This document shows positions 47,118-57,493 of a stretch of 64,000 bases of DNA, in pieces; the first letter of the stretch is position 1, and each line of letters opens with the position of its first letter. The position numbers were made by a program, and so were the translations under genes. The notes under the pieces were generated by a model, which was given only the letters and a program-made list of their open reading frames with translations, was not told the DNA's origin and made no database searches. Origin of the DNA: Candidatus Aenigmatarchaeota archaeon (lineage in GTDB: Archaea > Aenigmatarchaeota > Aenigmatarchaeia > Aenigmatarchaeales > Aenigmatarchaeaceae). The stretch spans positions 48,768-112,767 of the forward strand of contig JBDRJK010000021.1 in the NCBI GenBank assembly GCA_043814985.1. Direction: 5' to 3'.

Positions 47118-49294
47118 ACCTTAAAAATTTTCTGAAGCCGGATAGGAGAAAGATTATAATATTTGTAATAATAATTGTTTTTGTTAGTCTTTGTATTAAA
47201 AAACAACCTTCACCTATTGGTGGTGGGGGTAGTGGAGGACCATCAAGTCCACCATCATGTTCTGTTTCATTATCCTTAAAATCTTTAGGAGTTGATACAT
47301 GTACTATAACAGCCACCATCACTGCCAACCACTGTGATAATAAATCATATGAGATAAGAGATACTACATGCTCTGGAACAATCAATGATGATAGCTTTAC
47401 TAAGGATTGTGGTTGGAGTGTTTCTTATGGTGATTATAGCTATGATTTATACGTAGATGGTAAATACAGAACTTCTAAATCTATTACTTGTTCTGAATCG
47501 ATTAAAACTTGTTCTGATGAAACCCCATATGGTGAATGTTCAGTTACCAAACCGTTATACTGTGATAATGATGAATTAATTAATAAATGTTCATTATGTG
47601 AATGTCCTTTGGAACAGTTATGTAATGAAACAAGTGAAGAATGCTATACTCATATTGAATGCTCTGGTTCAGTATTATTGAATTTAACTCCCTCTAATGT
47701 TGAACCTGATGATTCAGTTATACCCTCTGCTTCTGGTTTAACTGATTGTGGTGGTAAGACTATATATTTCAAGAATGATAGTTGTGCTGGAACAGAAGTT
47801 AGTTCTTGTACTCTAACAGACGGTGAGTGCACAGGCTCTTCATTTACAGCTCCTAGTAGTGAAGGCCTGTATACATACTATGCTTGTATTGACAAGAATA
47901 GTGATGGAGATTTTACAGATTCTGGTGATTATTCTTCGAAAACATTGGATGTCTTTAAAGTTATCGATGTATGGTTACACACCGATGGTAAATATATTAA
48001 AGACAGTCAAGGAAATGTTGTAATCCTGCATGGAATAAATTTCATAGGATATCAAGTAACCCAACCAGAGCCAGGATATTACAATCACATAGAAGCAGAC
48101 TACCAAAAAATCGCAAGTTGGGGTTTTAATGTTGTCAGATTGCCAATTTCTTGGCAGCATTTTGAACCAACCGAGGGAAATTTCAATGAAAGTTATTTCA
48201 CAAATTTCATAGATAAAGATATTGAATGGGCACAAAAACACGGAATATATATTATCATAGGTTTCATGCAATGGAGATGGTCACCATACTTCACCTACAC
48301 AGACGGAGGATATGGTTTCCCAAGTTGGCTCTTCGACGGTTATCCCAATTCAGAACAGGGTAAACAACAATCTCAAGATGACTTCTGGCTAGGAAAAGGT
48401 CCTAATGGGACAGAAGCCACACCAGAAAACCCCTCCATGCAGAACAGGATGATTCAAGCATGGAAATATATTGTTGAAAGATACAAAAACAATCCAACTG
48501 TTCTTGCTTATGATTTATTTAACGAACCACCTCCCGGAACATTAGGGGCAAGTACAACAGCAAACTACCTCTACCCATTTTATGAGAGGATTATAGATAA
48601 TATTACAATTATTGACAGAAATCACATTTTCATGTATGAACCGCCAGTTGGACGTTGGGATTTTGCACCACGTCTTTTGAATAGACAGAACATTATTTTC
48701 AGCACCCACACCTATCCTGGATACTATAGCGCTACAAAACCACCTCTAGGATACTCTGGTGATATTACAGTTCTGAAAAACCAGTTTAACGGATATTTGG
48801 ACCTACCATTATCAAACCCAAGTAAAAGTTGGAACATTCCTATCTTATTGGGAGAATTCGGACCATCCACATTCCCAATCTATCCCAATAGAATTCTGTG
48901 GGTGAATGACATGGCAGATGTTTGCAATGAATACAACATTCATTGGATTTATTGGGATTATGGCCTTAACCCAGGCAATAAATGGAGCATAATTAACCCT
49001 GATAGAACTGAGATTAAAGAAAAGGCAGATGCTTTGGACAAACCTTATCCAAGAGTGAACTCCATACCACCCTCAGAATATTCATTCGACCGCAATACAA
49101 AACATTTCAAGGTTATATTCGATGATACTGGTAGCGTTGAGACAAAAATTTACGTTCCATATAGATATTATCCTGACTTTGCAGTTAATAGCAATTCAAG
49201 TTCGTGGAGCGACAGTTGGAACGAATCAAGTAGGATATTAACAGTTTTGGCTGATTTAGAAGGTCCGATAGAAATAACTATCGATGCTACATAG
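47114..49294 (+). CDS. Membrane-anchored GH5 glycoside hydrolase with a Cys-rich stalk (endoglycoceramidase-like)
   Basis: N-terminal TM; GFNVVRLPISW..FEP, YDLFNEP (acid/base) and LGEFG (nucleophile). Confidence 0.88.
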   Translation: MNLKNFLKPDRRKIIIFVIIIVFVSLCIKKQPSPIGGGGSGGPSSPPSCSVSLSLKSLGVDTCTITATITANHCDNKSYEIRDTTCSGTINDDSFTKDCGWSVSYGDYSYDLYVDGKYRTSKSITCSESIKTCSDETPYGECSVTKPLYCDNDELINKCSLCECPLEQLCNETSEECYTHIECSGSVLLNLTPSNVEPDDSVIPSASGLTDCGGKTIYFKNDSCAGTEVSSCTLTDGECTGSSFTAPSSEGLYTYYACIDKNSDGDFTDSGDYSSKTLDVFKVIDVWLHTDGKYIKDSQGNVVILHGINFIGYQVTQPEPGYYNHIEADYQKIASWGFNVVRLPISWQHFEPTEGNFNESYFTNFIDKDIEWAQKHGIYIIIGFMQWRWSPYFTYTDGGYGFPSWLFDGYPNSEQGKQQSQDDFWLGKGPNGTEATPENPSMQNRMIQAWKYIVERYKNNPTVLAYDLFNEPPPGTLGASTTANYLYPFYERIIDNITIIDRNHIFMYEPPVGRWDFAPRLLNRQNIIFSTHTYPGYYSATKPPLGYSGDITVLKNQFNGYLDLPLSNPSKSWNIPILLGEFGPSTFPIYPNRILWVNDMADVCNEYNIHWIYWDYGLNPGNKWSIINPDRTEIKEKADALDKPYPRVNSIPPSEYSFDRNTKHFKVIFDDTGSVETKIYVPYRYYPDFAVNSNSSSWSDSWNESSRILTVLADLEGPIEITIDAT

Positions 49295-49340
49295 CAATTA
49301 CATTAAATAAGGAAATTAAAAATTATTATAAGATGATAAG

Positions 49341-50204
49341 ATGAAAAATCTATTGTCAACAAAAAATTTAACAAAGAAAGAAGTTGAACTAATATTCAGA
49401 ACAACTGACAAGCTAAAGAAGTTAAAAAAACCTTTGTTGAAAGATAAAGTATTGGCAATGATTTTTGAGAAACCTTCAACAAGGACAAGAGTCTCCTTTG
49501 AAACAGGAATGTTCCAATTAGGGGGTCATGCAATATTTCTTTCAAAGAATAATATGCAACTAGGGAGAGGGGAAACCATAGCAGACACTGCCAAAGTTTT
49601 GTCTAGATACGTTGATGGCATAATGGCAAGATTGTTTGAACATAAGAAGATGCTTGAACTTGCAAAAAACTCTTTTGTTCCTGTCATTAATGGATTAGAT
49701 GATTCAGAGCATCCATGTCAAGCCTTAGCTGACTTGTATACAATCAAGCAGAATAAGAAATTGAAAGGTTTGAGAATAGTTTTTCTTGGTGATGGATCGA
49801 GCAACACTTTCATTTCATTGATTTACTTATGTAATAAGTTTGGAATGGATGTAATTGTTTCTTGCCCTCAAAATTATAAGCCGAAAATAAGGGCAAAATA
49901 TAAATGGGTCAACAATCCAAAGGAAGCTGTAAAAGATGCTGATGTTATTTACACTGATACGTTTATTAGCATGGGAGAAGAAAAAGAAAATGAAAAAAGA
50001 ATTAAAGAGTTGAAAGAATATCAGCTCAATTCTAAGCTTCTGAAGCTTGCCAAAAAGAATGCTATTGTCATGCATCCCCTACCAGCTCACAGGGGAACTG
50101 AAATAACAAATAATGTCATAGACAGTAAAAAATCTGTTGTATTCGACCAGGCAGAGAACAGGCTGCATGTTCAGAAAAGTATTTTATATCTGCTAATGAA
50201 ATGA
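49341..50204 (+). CDS. argF: Ornithine carbamoyltransferase
   Basis: FEKPSTRTR, HPCQALAD, SMG, HPLPA and DQAENR motifs. Confidence 0.96.
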   Translation: MKNLLSTKNLTKKEVELIFRTTDKLKKLKKPLLKDKVLAMIFEKPSTRTRVSFETGMFQLGGHAIFLSKNNMQLGRGETIADTAKVLSRYVDGIMARLFEHKKMLELAKNSFVPVINGLDDSEHPCQALADLYTIKQNKKLKGLRIVFLGDGSSNTFISLIYLCNKFGMDVIVSCPQNYKPKIRAKYKWVNNPKEAVKDADVIYTDTFISMGEEKENEKRIKELKEYQLNSKLLKLAKKNAIVMHPLPAHRGTEITNNVIDSKKSVVFDQAENRLHVQKSILYLLMK

Positions 50205-50208
50205 TATT

Positions 50209-51414
50209 ATGAGGCTAACTTCAAAGCAGATAGTTGAGAGGACGCACAAAGTCTGTATAAGAGGAACCTTTGCATATCCTCTGGTCATCAAGTCTGGTGT
50301 GGGATGCTATCTGAAGGATGTTGATGGCAGGTTCTATCTTGATTTCGCTTCAAATGTATGCTCTTGCAATGTTGGTTATAATCATCCTGAAATAATGAAA
50401 ACAATAGGAAAATTTGTTCATATTGGAGCCCACAAAATAGCTGGCCAGGACTTCTATTCAGAGGAGCAGGTCATGCTTGCGGAAAAGCTGATCAACATAA
50501 CTCCCAGCAATCTGAAAAAAGTCTTTCTCATTAATTCGGGCGCAGAAGCTGTTGAGAACGCAATCAAGTTCGCATTCAGAAAGAAAGGTCCATTACAGGG
50601 AGTCTCTTGTAAGAACGCTTTCCATGGAAGAACCTTGGGAGCATTAAGTTTTACAGACAGCAAGGCTGTTCAAAAAATCAACTATCCCGAGATAAATCAT
50701 GATCTAATAAAATTCTGCACAAGCGACAAAGACCCTGAAATAAACGAACTGGAAAGGCTGATAGAAAAGGAGGGTCTTCCCGCCTTTGTCATAGTTGAAT
50801 GCATACAAGGCGAGGGAGGAGGATACGCTGTTGCAAGCAAGAAGTTCATAAGAAACCTTAGGAGGACATCAAAAAGGCATAATTTCCCTCTGATATTCGA
50901 CGAGGTCCAGTCAGGAATAGGAAGGACAGGCAAGTGGTGGGCCTTCCAGCACTATGGCGTCAAGCCTGACATAATGACATCAGCTAAGGCACTGCAGGTG
51001 GGAGCTACAATAACATCCAAAGAGTACGAACCAAATGAACCTGGTTCTGTATCCTCAACATGGGGTGGCGGCCATAGGATTGATATGGCTGTTGGACTCA
51101 AAACAATAGAGATAATAGAGAAAGAGAAGCTGATGAGGAATGCCACTAAGATGGGTAACTACATGACGAAAAGACTAAGGGACATAAAATCCAGAAATAT
51201 CGTTGATGTCAGGGGTATTGGGTTGATGATAGGCGTTGAACTGTCCAGTAAAGAGCAACAGAATGCCGTTGTCCAGAAGGCCTTCAAGAAAGGCTTATTA
51301 CTGTTGGGCTGCGGAGAGAAAACAGTGAGAATGGTACCTCCGTTAATAATAAACCAAAAAGACGCTGACAAGGGACTGGATATATTTGAGAAAATCGTAA
51401 AGTCTTTGAAATAG
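50209..51414 (+). CDS. Class III PLP aminotransferase (ornithine/4-aminobutyrate type)
   Basis: NSGAEAVEN, FHGRT, IQGEGG, DEVQSG.GRTG, AKAL and SSTWGG motifs. Confidence 0.93.
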   Translation: MRLTSKQIVERTHKVCIRGTFAYPLVIKSGVGCYLKDVDGRFYLDFASNVCSCNVGYNHPEIMKTIGKFVHIGAHKIAGQDFYSEEQVMLAEKLINITPSNLKKVFLINSGAEAVENAIKFAFRKKGPLQGVSCKNAFHGRTLGALSFTDSKAVQKINYPEINHDLIKFCTSDKDPEINELERLIEKEGLPAFVIVECIQGEGGGYAVASKKFIRNLRRTSKRHNFPLIFDEVQSGIGRTGKWWAFQHYGVKPDIMTSAKALQVGATITSKEYEPNEPGSVSSTWGGGHRIDMAVGLKTIEIIEKEKLMRNATKMGNYMTKRLRDIKSRNIVDVRGIGLMIGVELSSKEQQNAVVQKAFKKGLLLLGCGEKTVRMVPPLIINQKDADKGLDIFEKIVKSLK

Positions 51415-51586
51415 TCAGCAATAATGGAATATCAGCAGTTTCATCTCTTCTTCCAATTCTGCTATGAAGCTTTCTTCCACAATCCTAATATCTTCCATGC
51501 TAATATTATGAAAAGGTAAGAATTTAAAATCTACTCATACCACAAAGCTATATTTTTAAGTAAGCTAATAATATTCTAGTGGGAAA

Positions 51587-52603
51587 ATGGACTTGCTTGA
51601 AAAGCTTATAGCCACTCCGGGCGTGAGTGGGAACGAGGACAAGGTAAGGGAATTAATTAAAAAGGAAATTGAGAAATACGTTGATGATGTTTCTGTTGAC
51701 AAGGTTGGAAACCTTATTGCTCACAAGAAGGGCAAGCACCCTAGAATTATGCTCGCATCGCACATGGACGAAGTAGGACTGATGATCAAAGGGGTATCCT
51801 CAACTGGAAGGATACTGATCTCTGTGATAGGCGGCGTTGACCCGGTCATGCTTCTCGGCGAAAGGGTTCACATAGAGACAAAAAGGGGAATAATACATGG
51901 AGTAATAACAACAAAGGACGTGAACGACGGCGAGATTGTTTCCAAAATACCAAGAACAGAAGATATCTTTGTTGATACAGGGCTGACTAAGAAACAGCTG
52001 GAAAAAATAGGGGTCGAGATAGGAGCTTTCCTAACATTCGAAAGGGACTTGTATTTCTTGGGTTCTAACAGGATAATATGCGGAAAGGCCTTTGACGACA
52101 GGATAGGTTGCTACATAATGATTGAGCTGGCAAAGAGGCTTAGAAAGATTAAAAACGAGATGTTCTATGTTTTCACAATACAGGAAGAGATAGGTCTGGT
52201 GGGAGCAATAACATCAACATACAAGGTCAAGCCAGACTGGGCAATTGCTGTTGACACTGCAGAAACATGCGAGACCACAGATGAAGTTACAAAGACAATA
52301 GGAGGTGGTCCCTGCATAACAATCAAAGACGCTGAGACTATTGGCAACAAGACCATCAACAAATGGCTGATAGACATTGCTAAAAAGAATAAAATACAAA
52401 TCCAGAGGGATGTCACTGATGTGGGCATGACAGATGCTGCCACAATATCCATAACCGGAGAGGGAGTTCCCTGCACTGTTGTCTGCGTTCCAATAAGGAA
52501 CCTGCACACGGCAACATCCGTGGCTCACAAGGACGACATTGACAATGCAATAAAGCTGTTGGAAAAGCTTTTCAAAAGCGCGCCAGACGGCAAGCTATTT
52601 TAA
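51587..52603 (+). CDS. M42 (TET) aminopeptidase
   Basis: SHMDEVG, KAFDDRIG, QEEIGL.GA, TDA and RNLH motifs. Confidence 0.93.
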   Translation: MDLLEKLIATPGVSGNEDKVRELIKKEIEKYVDDVSVDKVGNLIAHKKGKHPRIMLASHMDEVGLMIKGVSSTGRILISVIGGVDPVMLLGERVHIETKRGIIHGVITTKDVNDGEIVSKIPRTEDIFVDTGLTKKQLEKIGVEIGAFLTFERDLYFLGSNRIICGKAFDDRIGCYIMIELAKRLRKIKNEMFYVFTIQEEIGLVGAITSTYKVKPDWAIAVDTAETCETTDEVTKTIGGGPCITIKDAETIGNKTINKWLIDIAKKNKIQIQRDVTDVGMTDAATISITGEGVPCTVVCVPIRNLHTATSVAHKDDIDNAIKLLEKLFKSAPDGKLF

Positions 52604-52637
52604 AAACTCTTGAATTAAATTCTGATTAGGTGATACT

Positions 52638-52874
52638 ATAACTGAACTAGGGGAAAAATACAGATGTAACATATGCGGCAATGTTGTTGAAGTGATAAAT
52701 GCTGGCGGCGGGACATTGGTCTGCTGTGGCAAGGAAATGCAACCAGCAAGAGACATGGGTGCTGCTCTTCTTGAAAGAAAGGAAGAGGGAGATGAACTGG
52801 AAAAGGAAGAACTGGAAGAAATGGTAGAGGAAATAAAGGGCGGAACTGAAGAAGAGGAAGAAAAAGACTGGTAA
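52638..52874 (+). CDS. Desulforedoxin-like FeS4 domain protein with an acidic tail
   Basis: [31 protein letters not shown]; the domain extends upstream of the tracked start to an ATA codon. Confidence 0.85.
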   Translation: MTELGEKYRCNICGNVVEVINAGGGTLVCCGKEMQPARDMGAALLERKEEGDELEKEELEEMVEEIKGGTEEEEEKDW

Positions 52875-53471
52875 TTACTTGTGATTTATTCCCATCTCAA
52901 ATACTTTCTTATTCATTTCTAAATATCTTTTTGGAACAATTTCAGCTATTGTCTCAAGAACGAACTTTTCCTTTAGTGGAAGCAATCCCTTTCCAACAGC
53001 ATAACCAAGCATGAATATGTTGGAAGCAATCACCTTTCCTGTCTCCTTCTTTACAATTTCAGAAGCACTGATCAACATAATCTCTTCTGCAAACGGTTTT
53101 ATGTTATTGACGATATTCTCCATGCTCGGGTATTTCTCACCGAGAACAGATACAGTAATCGGAGGTAAGGTGTACTTGTCAATCAGGAATGTTGTTTTCT
53201 GCCTTTTAGAACCAAAGTAGGTTGTTCTCAGAGCCTCCAAAGGCTCCAATGCTATTATCAGGTTGGCCTCTCCCTCAAGAATCAGGGGAGTGTACATTTT
53301 TTCCCCGAACCTTATGTGCAGCTGCATGCTTCCTCCTCTCTGGGCTAAGCCATGCAATTCCGTTGTCCTTACATCATAGCCCTGCTTTAAGGCAGCCTCG
53401 GCTATTATTCTTCCAAGGGTCATTGCTCCCAAACCACCGACTCCTGTCACAATAACGTTGAACTCTTTCAT
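52875..53471 (-). CDS. iorB: Indolepyruvate:ferredoxin oxidoreductase beta subunit
   Basis: GVGG.G, HGLAQRGGS, EPLEALR and N.FMLG motifs. Confidence 0.93.
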   Translation of the reverse strand: MKEFNVIVTGVGGLGAMTLGRIIAEAALKQGYDVRTTELHGLAQRGGSMQLHIRFGEKMYTPLILEGEANLIIALEPLEALRTTYFGSKRQKTTFLIDKYTLPPITVSVLGEKYPSMENIVNNIKPFAEEIMLISASEIVKKETGKVIASNIFMLGYAVGKGLLPLKEKFVLETIAEIVPKRYLEMNKKVFEMGINHK

Positions 53472-55336
53472 TTCTTTTTCACCGGTTTTATTGCTTTGTT
53501 GGGACATACCTGAAGACAGACAGCACACCCAGTACATATATCCTTGTCAATAACAACTCTTCCATTTTCCTTCTTTATTGCTGGGCAGGCTAATTCATTC
53601 AGGCACTTTTCAATATGTTGGCAAGCATTCTGGTCAATCTCAAACTTCACTGTCTTTATGCCTTCCCTTCTCCTCTTTCTCATTAATAATAATTGGCATT
53701 CCCTTTTTGCCACAATAACAGAGACTTTGTCCCTTTGCAACATTTCCTTAATGGTTTTTGTCATAAGATTTATATTGAAGGGATCAACCACCCTGACGTC
53801 CTCCACGCCCATTCCCTTGACAATGTTCTCTATCCTTATATCAGGGCTCTTCATTCCCATGGCAGTGTAGCCTGTACTTGGGTTCTGCTGATGGCCTGTC
53901 ATGGCAGTTATCCTGTTATCTAGAACAATTAAAAGAAGAGGGGACTTGTTGTAAATCGCATTAACCAAACCAGGCATGCCAGCATGGAAGAATGTGGAGT
54001 CTCCGACAAAGGCTATTGCCTTCTGGTCAGTTGATTTCAGAATACCATGGCATATACCTTCGCTAGCACCCATGGAGAACACGAAATCCTGAGTCTCGAA
54101 AGGCTTGAATATGCCCATTAGATAGCAGCCAACATCCCCTCCGTAGACAACATCCATTCCCTTTGTGGCCTGCTTTACTGCGTAGAAGGTTGCCCTGTGC
54201 GGACATCCTGCACAGAAAACAGGGGGCCTCTTGGGCTCCTTTATCTTGGCATATTCTTTCCTATGAACGCCTAGATTAAGCCTGTACTTCTTTTTTGTCA
54301 GCTTGCTTAGAATGCTTATAATCATTTCCTCGTTGTATTCTCCCTCATATGTGAAGTGACCATCCACCTTTCCGAGAACATTTAACTTAGGATTGGTATC
54401 TTTGGCCAACATCTTGACATGATTCTCTATTATCGACTCCAATTCCTCAATAATCAAGACTTGCTTGAATTTCTTAATGAAAGTGTTAATCAACTTGTCA
54501 GGCAATGGATAAGTGAAACCTATCCTGAGAACAGGTACCTTGACTCCCAAATCATTCATGGCATCCATGACATAGTCGTATGACACGCCAGAGACTATTA
54601 TTCCCAACTTGCTTTTGACATTCTTATTGACAAGTAAATTTAACTTGGAAGTGTTAGAGACGTTCTTCAGTTTTTCCAGCTTACCGTGCAAATCCCTGTG
54701 TGTGTCCATTATGTATGGCGGGAATGCTTTGAAGGCAACGTCCTTTATGAACTTGCCCTTTGTCTTTCCTTTAACAATCTTTCCTAGCTTGACAACGCTT
54801 CTCATGTGAGAAACCCTGGTTGTTGTCCTTATGAAAACTGGTATCTTGAACTTGTCTGATATCTTGTAGGCCTCCTTGACAAAGTCAACGCACTCCTGAG
54901 CGTTCGACGGCTCAAGCATTGGTAGGTGAGCTATTCTTGCAAAAGGCCTTGTGTCCTCTTCGCTCTGACCAGAACTGTGGCATGCAGGATCGTCTGTCAC
55001 TACTATAACCATTCCTGCCTTGACTCCTGCGTATGCTAATGGAAAAACACTCTCGCAGGCAACATTCAAACCAAAATGCTTGAAGAAAGCCATTGACTTG
55101 ACACCGGACAAGGCAGCTCCTGCAGCTGCCTCCAAGGCAACTTTCTCGTTGGTTGAGTATTCAAAGTAGATGCCAGCATCCTTTGCTATGTGCGCAAAGG
55201 TCATACCAATCTCCGATGACGGAGTTCCTGGATAAGTTGAAGCAAAACCAATACCAGATTCCAAAGCTCCTCTGGTTATAGCCTCGTTTCCAAGAAGAAG
55301 TACTTTCTTACCTTGCTTTTCAAGAACTTTGTGCAT
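53468..55336 (-). CDS. iorA: Indolepyruvate:ferredoxin oxidoreductase alpha subunit
   Basis: LLGNEA..RG, YPGTPSSEI, NEKVA.E, FCAGCPHR, GDSTFFH, TAMTG.Q and a C-terminal ferredoxin. Confidence 0.96.
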   Translation of the reverse strand: MHKVLEKQGKKVLLLGNEAITRGALESGIGFASTYPGTPSSEIGMTFAHIAKDAGIYFEYSTNEKVALEAAAGAALSGVKSMAFFKHFGLNVACESVFPLAYAGVKAGMVIVVTDDPACHSSGQSEEDTRPFARIAHLPMLEPSNAQECVDFVKEAYKISDKFKIPVFIRTTTRVSHMRSVVKLGKIVKGKTKGKFIKDVAFKAFPPYIMDTHRDLHGKLEKLKNVSNTSKLNLLVNKNVKSKLGIIVSGVSYDYVMDAMNDLGVKVPVLRIGFTYPLPDKLINTFIKKFKQVLIIEELESIIENHVKMLAKDTNPKLNVLGKVDGHFTYEGEYNEEMIISILSKLTKKKYRLNLGVHRKEYAKIKEPKRPPVFCAGCPHRATFYAVKQATKGMDVVYGGDVGCYLMGIFKPFETQDFVFSMGASEGICHGILKSTDQKAIAFVGDSTFFHAGMPGLVNAIYNKSPLLLIVLDNRITAMTGHQQNPSTGYTAMGMKSPDIRIENIVKGMGVEDVRVVDPFNINLMTKTIKEMLQRDKVSVIVAKRECQLLLMRKRRREGIKTVKFEIDQNACQHIEKCLNELACPAIKKENGRVVIDKDICTGCAVCLQVCPNKAIKPVKKK

Positions 55337-55364
55337 ATAATTAATACATTTCCGGCTTATAAAA

Positions 55365-56549
55365 TTATTTCATCTTTTTCTTGATTAAATTTCCAAGCCT
55401 CTTTATCCCAACTTCTATTTTCTTGTCATCAGTATTGCTGAAGTTCAAACGCATTGTATTGTGACCCTTGCCATCAACCCTGAAGGCAGCACCGTGCACA
55501 AAAGCAACTTTCTCATGTATGGCATCAACAAACAAGTCTCTTGTATCTATCTTAGAAGGAACTGTTACCCAGATGAACATCCCGCCATCAGGATGCGTCC
55601 ACTTGCAACCTTTGGGAAAGTGCTTTTCCAAGGCTTTCAGCATTATATCCCTTTTCTTCCTGTACATCTTTATTATCTTGTATTCTTGCTTGTCTATCAA
55701 ACCGGATTTTATGTATTCATTGGCTATGTACTGGACAAATATATTGCCGCACAAATCTGCACCCTGCTTGGCTATTGCCATTTTTCTTAGCTTTTCCCTC
55801 TCAGCAACAACATAACCCAACCTGAAACCAGGAGCCAAAGACTTAGATAATGTATGCGTGTATATTACTCTTCTGTTCTTGTCTAAGCTCTTTATTGAAG
55901 GAACACATTTTCCTGAGTATCTCAAATTAGAATAAGCATCATCCTCCAGTATCATAAGGTCATGCTTCTCAGCTATTTCTAACAATTGTTTTCTTCTCTC
56001 CAGAGACATTGTAATACCAGAAGGGTTTTGGAATGTGGGAACCGTATAAATGAAATCTATCTTACTCTTTTTAATTCCTCTTAGCTTCCTTTCCAGCTCA
56101 CTAATTATCATTCCATTATCATCCATTGAAACGTGTATGTACTTGGGCTGGTAGGCATTGAAAGCGACCAGAGCTCCGATGTATGTTGGAGATTCAATAA
56201 CAACGTAATCCTTAGGGTTCAAGAAAATCTCTGCTGTCAGACTTAAGACTTGTTGGGAGCCAGAAGTTATCATGACCTCGTCCTCATAGCACTTTATTCC
56301 TTCCTTCCTAAGTCTTCTTACTATAGTTGACCTCAACTCACCTATGCCTTCTGTTGGACCATATTGTAAGGCCTGCGGACCATGCTCCTTAAGAATTTTA
56401 TCGGAAATTTTTTTGATTATATCTACAGGAAAAGAATCAGGGCTTGGCAGACCTCCTGCAAATGATATTATCTCAGGATGTTGCGTTATCTTCAGCAGTT
56501 CCCTTATCTCGGAGGCCTTCATCTTCTTGATTCTGTCAGCATACTTCAT
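55365..56549 (-). CDS. Class I/II PLP aminotransferase (aromatic/2-aminoadipate type)
   Basis: ISFAGGLP, GSQQ, PTFQNPSG, EDDAY, SKSLAPGFRLG and RLNFS motifs. Confidence 0.93.
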   Translation of the reverse strand: MKYADRIKKMKASEIRELLKITQHPEIISFAGGLPSPDSFPVDIIKKISDKILKEHGPQALQYGPTEGIGELRSTIVRRLRKEGIKCYEDEVMITSGSQQVLSLTAEIFLNPKDYVVIESPTYIGALVAFNAYQPKYIHVSMDDNGMIISELERKLRGIKKSKIDFIYTVPTFQNPSGITMSLERRKQLLEIAEKHDLMILEDDAYSNLRYSGKCVPSIKSLDKNRRVIYTHTLSKSLAPGFRLGYVVAEREKLRKMAIAKQGADLCGNIFVQYIANEYIKSGLIDKQEYKIIKMYRKKRDIMLKALEKHFPKGCKWTHPDGGMFIWVTVPSKIDTRDLFVDAIHEKVAFVHGAAFRVDGKGHNTMRLNFSNTDDKKIEVGIKRLGNLIKKKMK

Positions 56550-56601
56550 AATTAGTTATTAGAATTTTGGTATATATTATAAACGGCCCCAAATAATTAT
56601 T

Positions 56602-57462
56602 ATGCCACTTATAGAATGCTACGACATTGGGGGAACCAAAATAAGGGGGGCCCTGATAGAGAAGGGCAAGATAATCAGAAGCCTCTGGTTCAGGACCAAC
56701 ATGAATCCTAATGAACTCATAGAGCAGATTAAGGAAATGTCAAAACTTCTCAGGATTGACATCCCTTCTAAAAAAATAGCCGCAGTTTCAATCGGAGTGG
56801 CTGGGCCTGTTAAAAATAACATATTAACAGAATTCCCCTCATTGAGAATCAAGAAAAAGCTAGATATTGCTCTTAAGTTAAGTAAGGAAATCAAAGAACC
56901 TATCTTCATAATCAATGATATGAAAGCGGCTGTGAGAGCTGAATTAAAGTTTGGTATTGGAAAAAATATCAAAAACTTTTATCTTCTAACCTTTAGTACT
57001 GGAATAGGATCCGGTCTAGTTATAAACGGAAAAGTTGTAGAAGGATTTTTTGGTGAATTTGCCCATGATATTTTACAAAGACTGAAAAATAACCATAACA
57101 TTCACTGGGGTTGTCTTTGTGGAGGCTATGGCATTGAAAAAATAGTAAAAAATAGATTGAAAAGGGATTTAACAGCAAATGATTTTTTCAAGTTGAAGGA
57201 CAGAAAAGCTAAGAAAATCATAAAAGATGTAAGGGACTACAATGCTCATGGAATTGGAAACATGCTGAATGCCTTTTCTGTTGACAGAATTGTGATAATG
57301 GGTTCTGTTGGATTAAACCAGTTCAATAATATCATACCATCTTCCAATAAGATAAAAAAATACACTATCAACAGAATACCCAAAATAGTCAAGACCAAAC
57401 TCGGCGACAATATCGGTTTATTGGGGGCTTATGTCTTTGCCACCGAAGAACTGAAAAAATAA
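56602..57462 (+). CDS. ROK family sugar kinase-like protein
   Basis: DIGGTKI, ND..AA..AE, STGIG.G, GEFAH and GLLGA motifs. Confidence 0.85.
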   Translation: MPLIECYDIGGTKIRGALIEKGKIIRSLWFRTNMNPNELIEQIKEMSKLLRIDIPSKKIAAVSIGVAGPVKNNILTEFPSLRIKKKLDIALKLSKEIKEPIFIINDMKAAVRAELKFGIGKNIKNFYLLTFSTGIGSGLVINGKVVEGFFGEFAHDILQRLKNNHNIHWGCLCGGYGIEKIVKNRLKRDLTANDFFKLKDRKAKKIIKDVRDYNAHGIGNMLNAFSVDRIVIMGSVGLNQFNNIIPSSNKIKKYTINRIPKIVKTKLGDNIGLLGAYVFATEELKK

Positions 57463-57493
57463 GCTTAAAAGTTCTCAGACCTTTATTAAGTCT

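Noticed and set aside
51415..51498. 27-aa minus-strand ORF MEDIRIVEESFIAELEEEMKLLIFHYC
   Set aside because: It fits the gap but has no SD, motif or other support; left uncalled.
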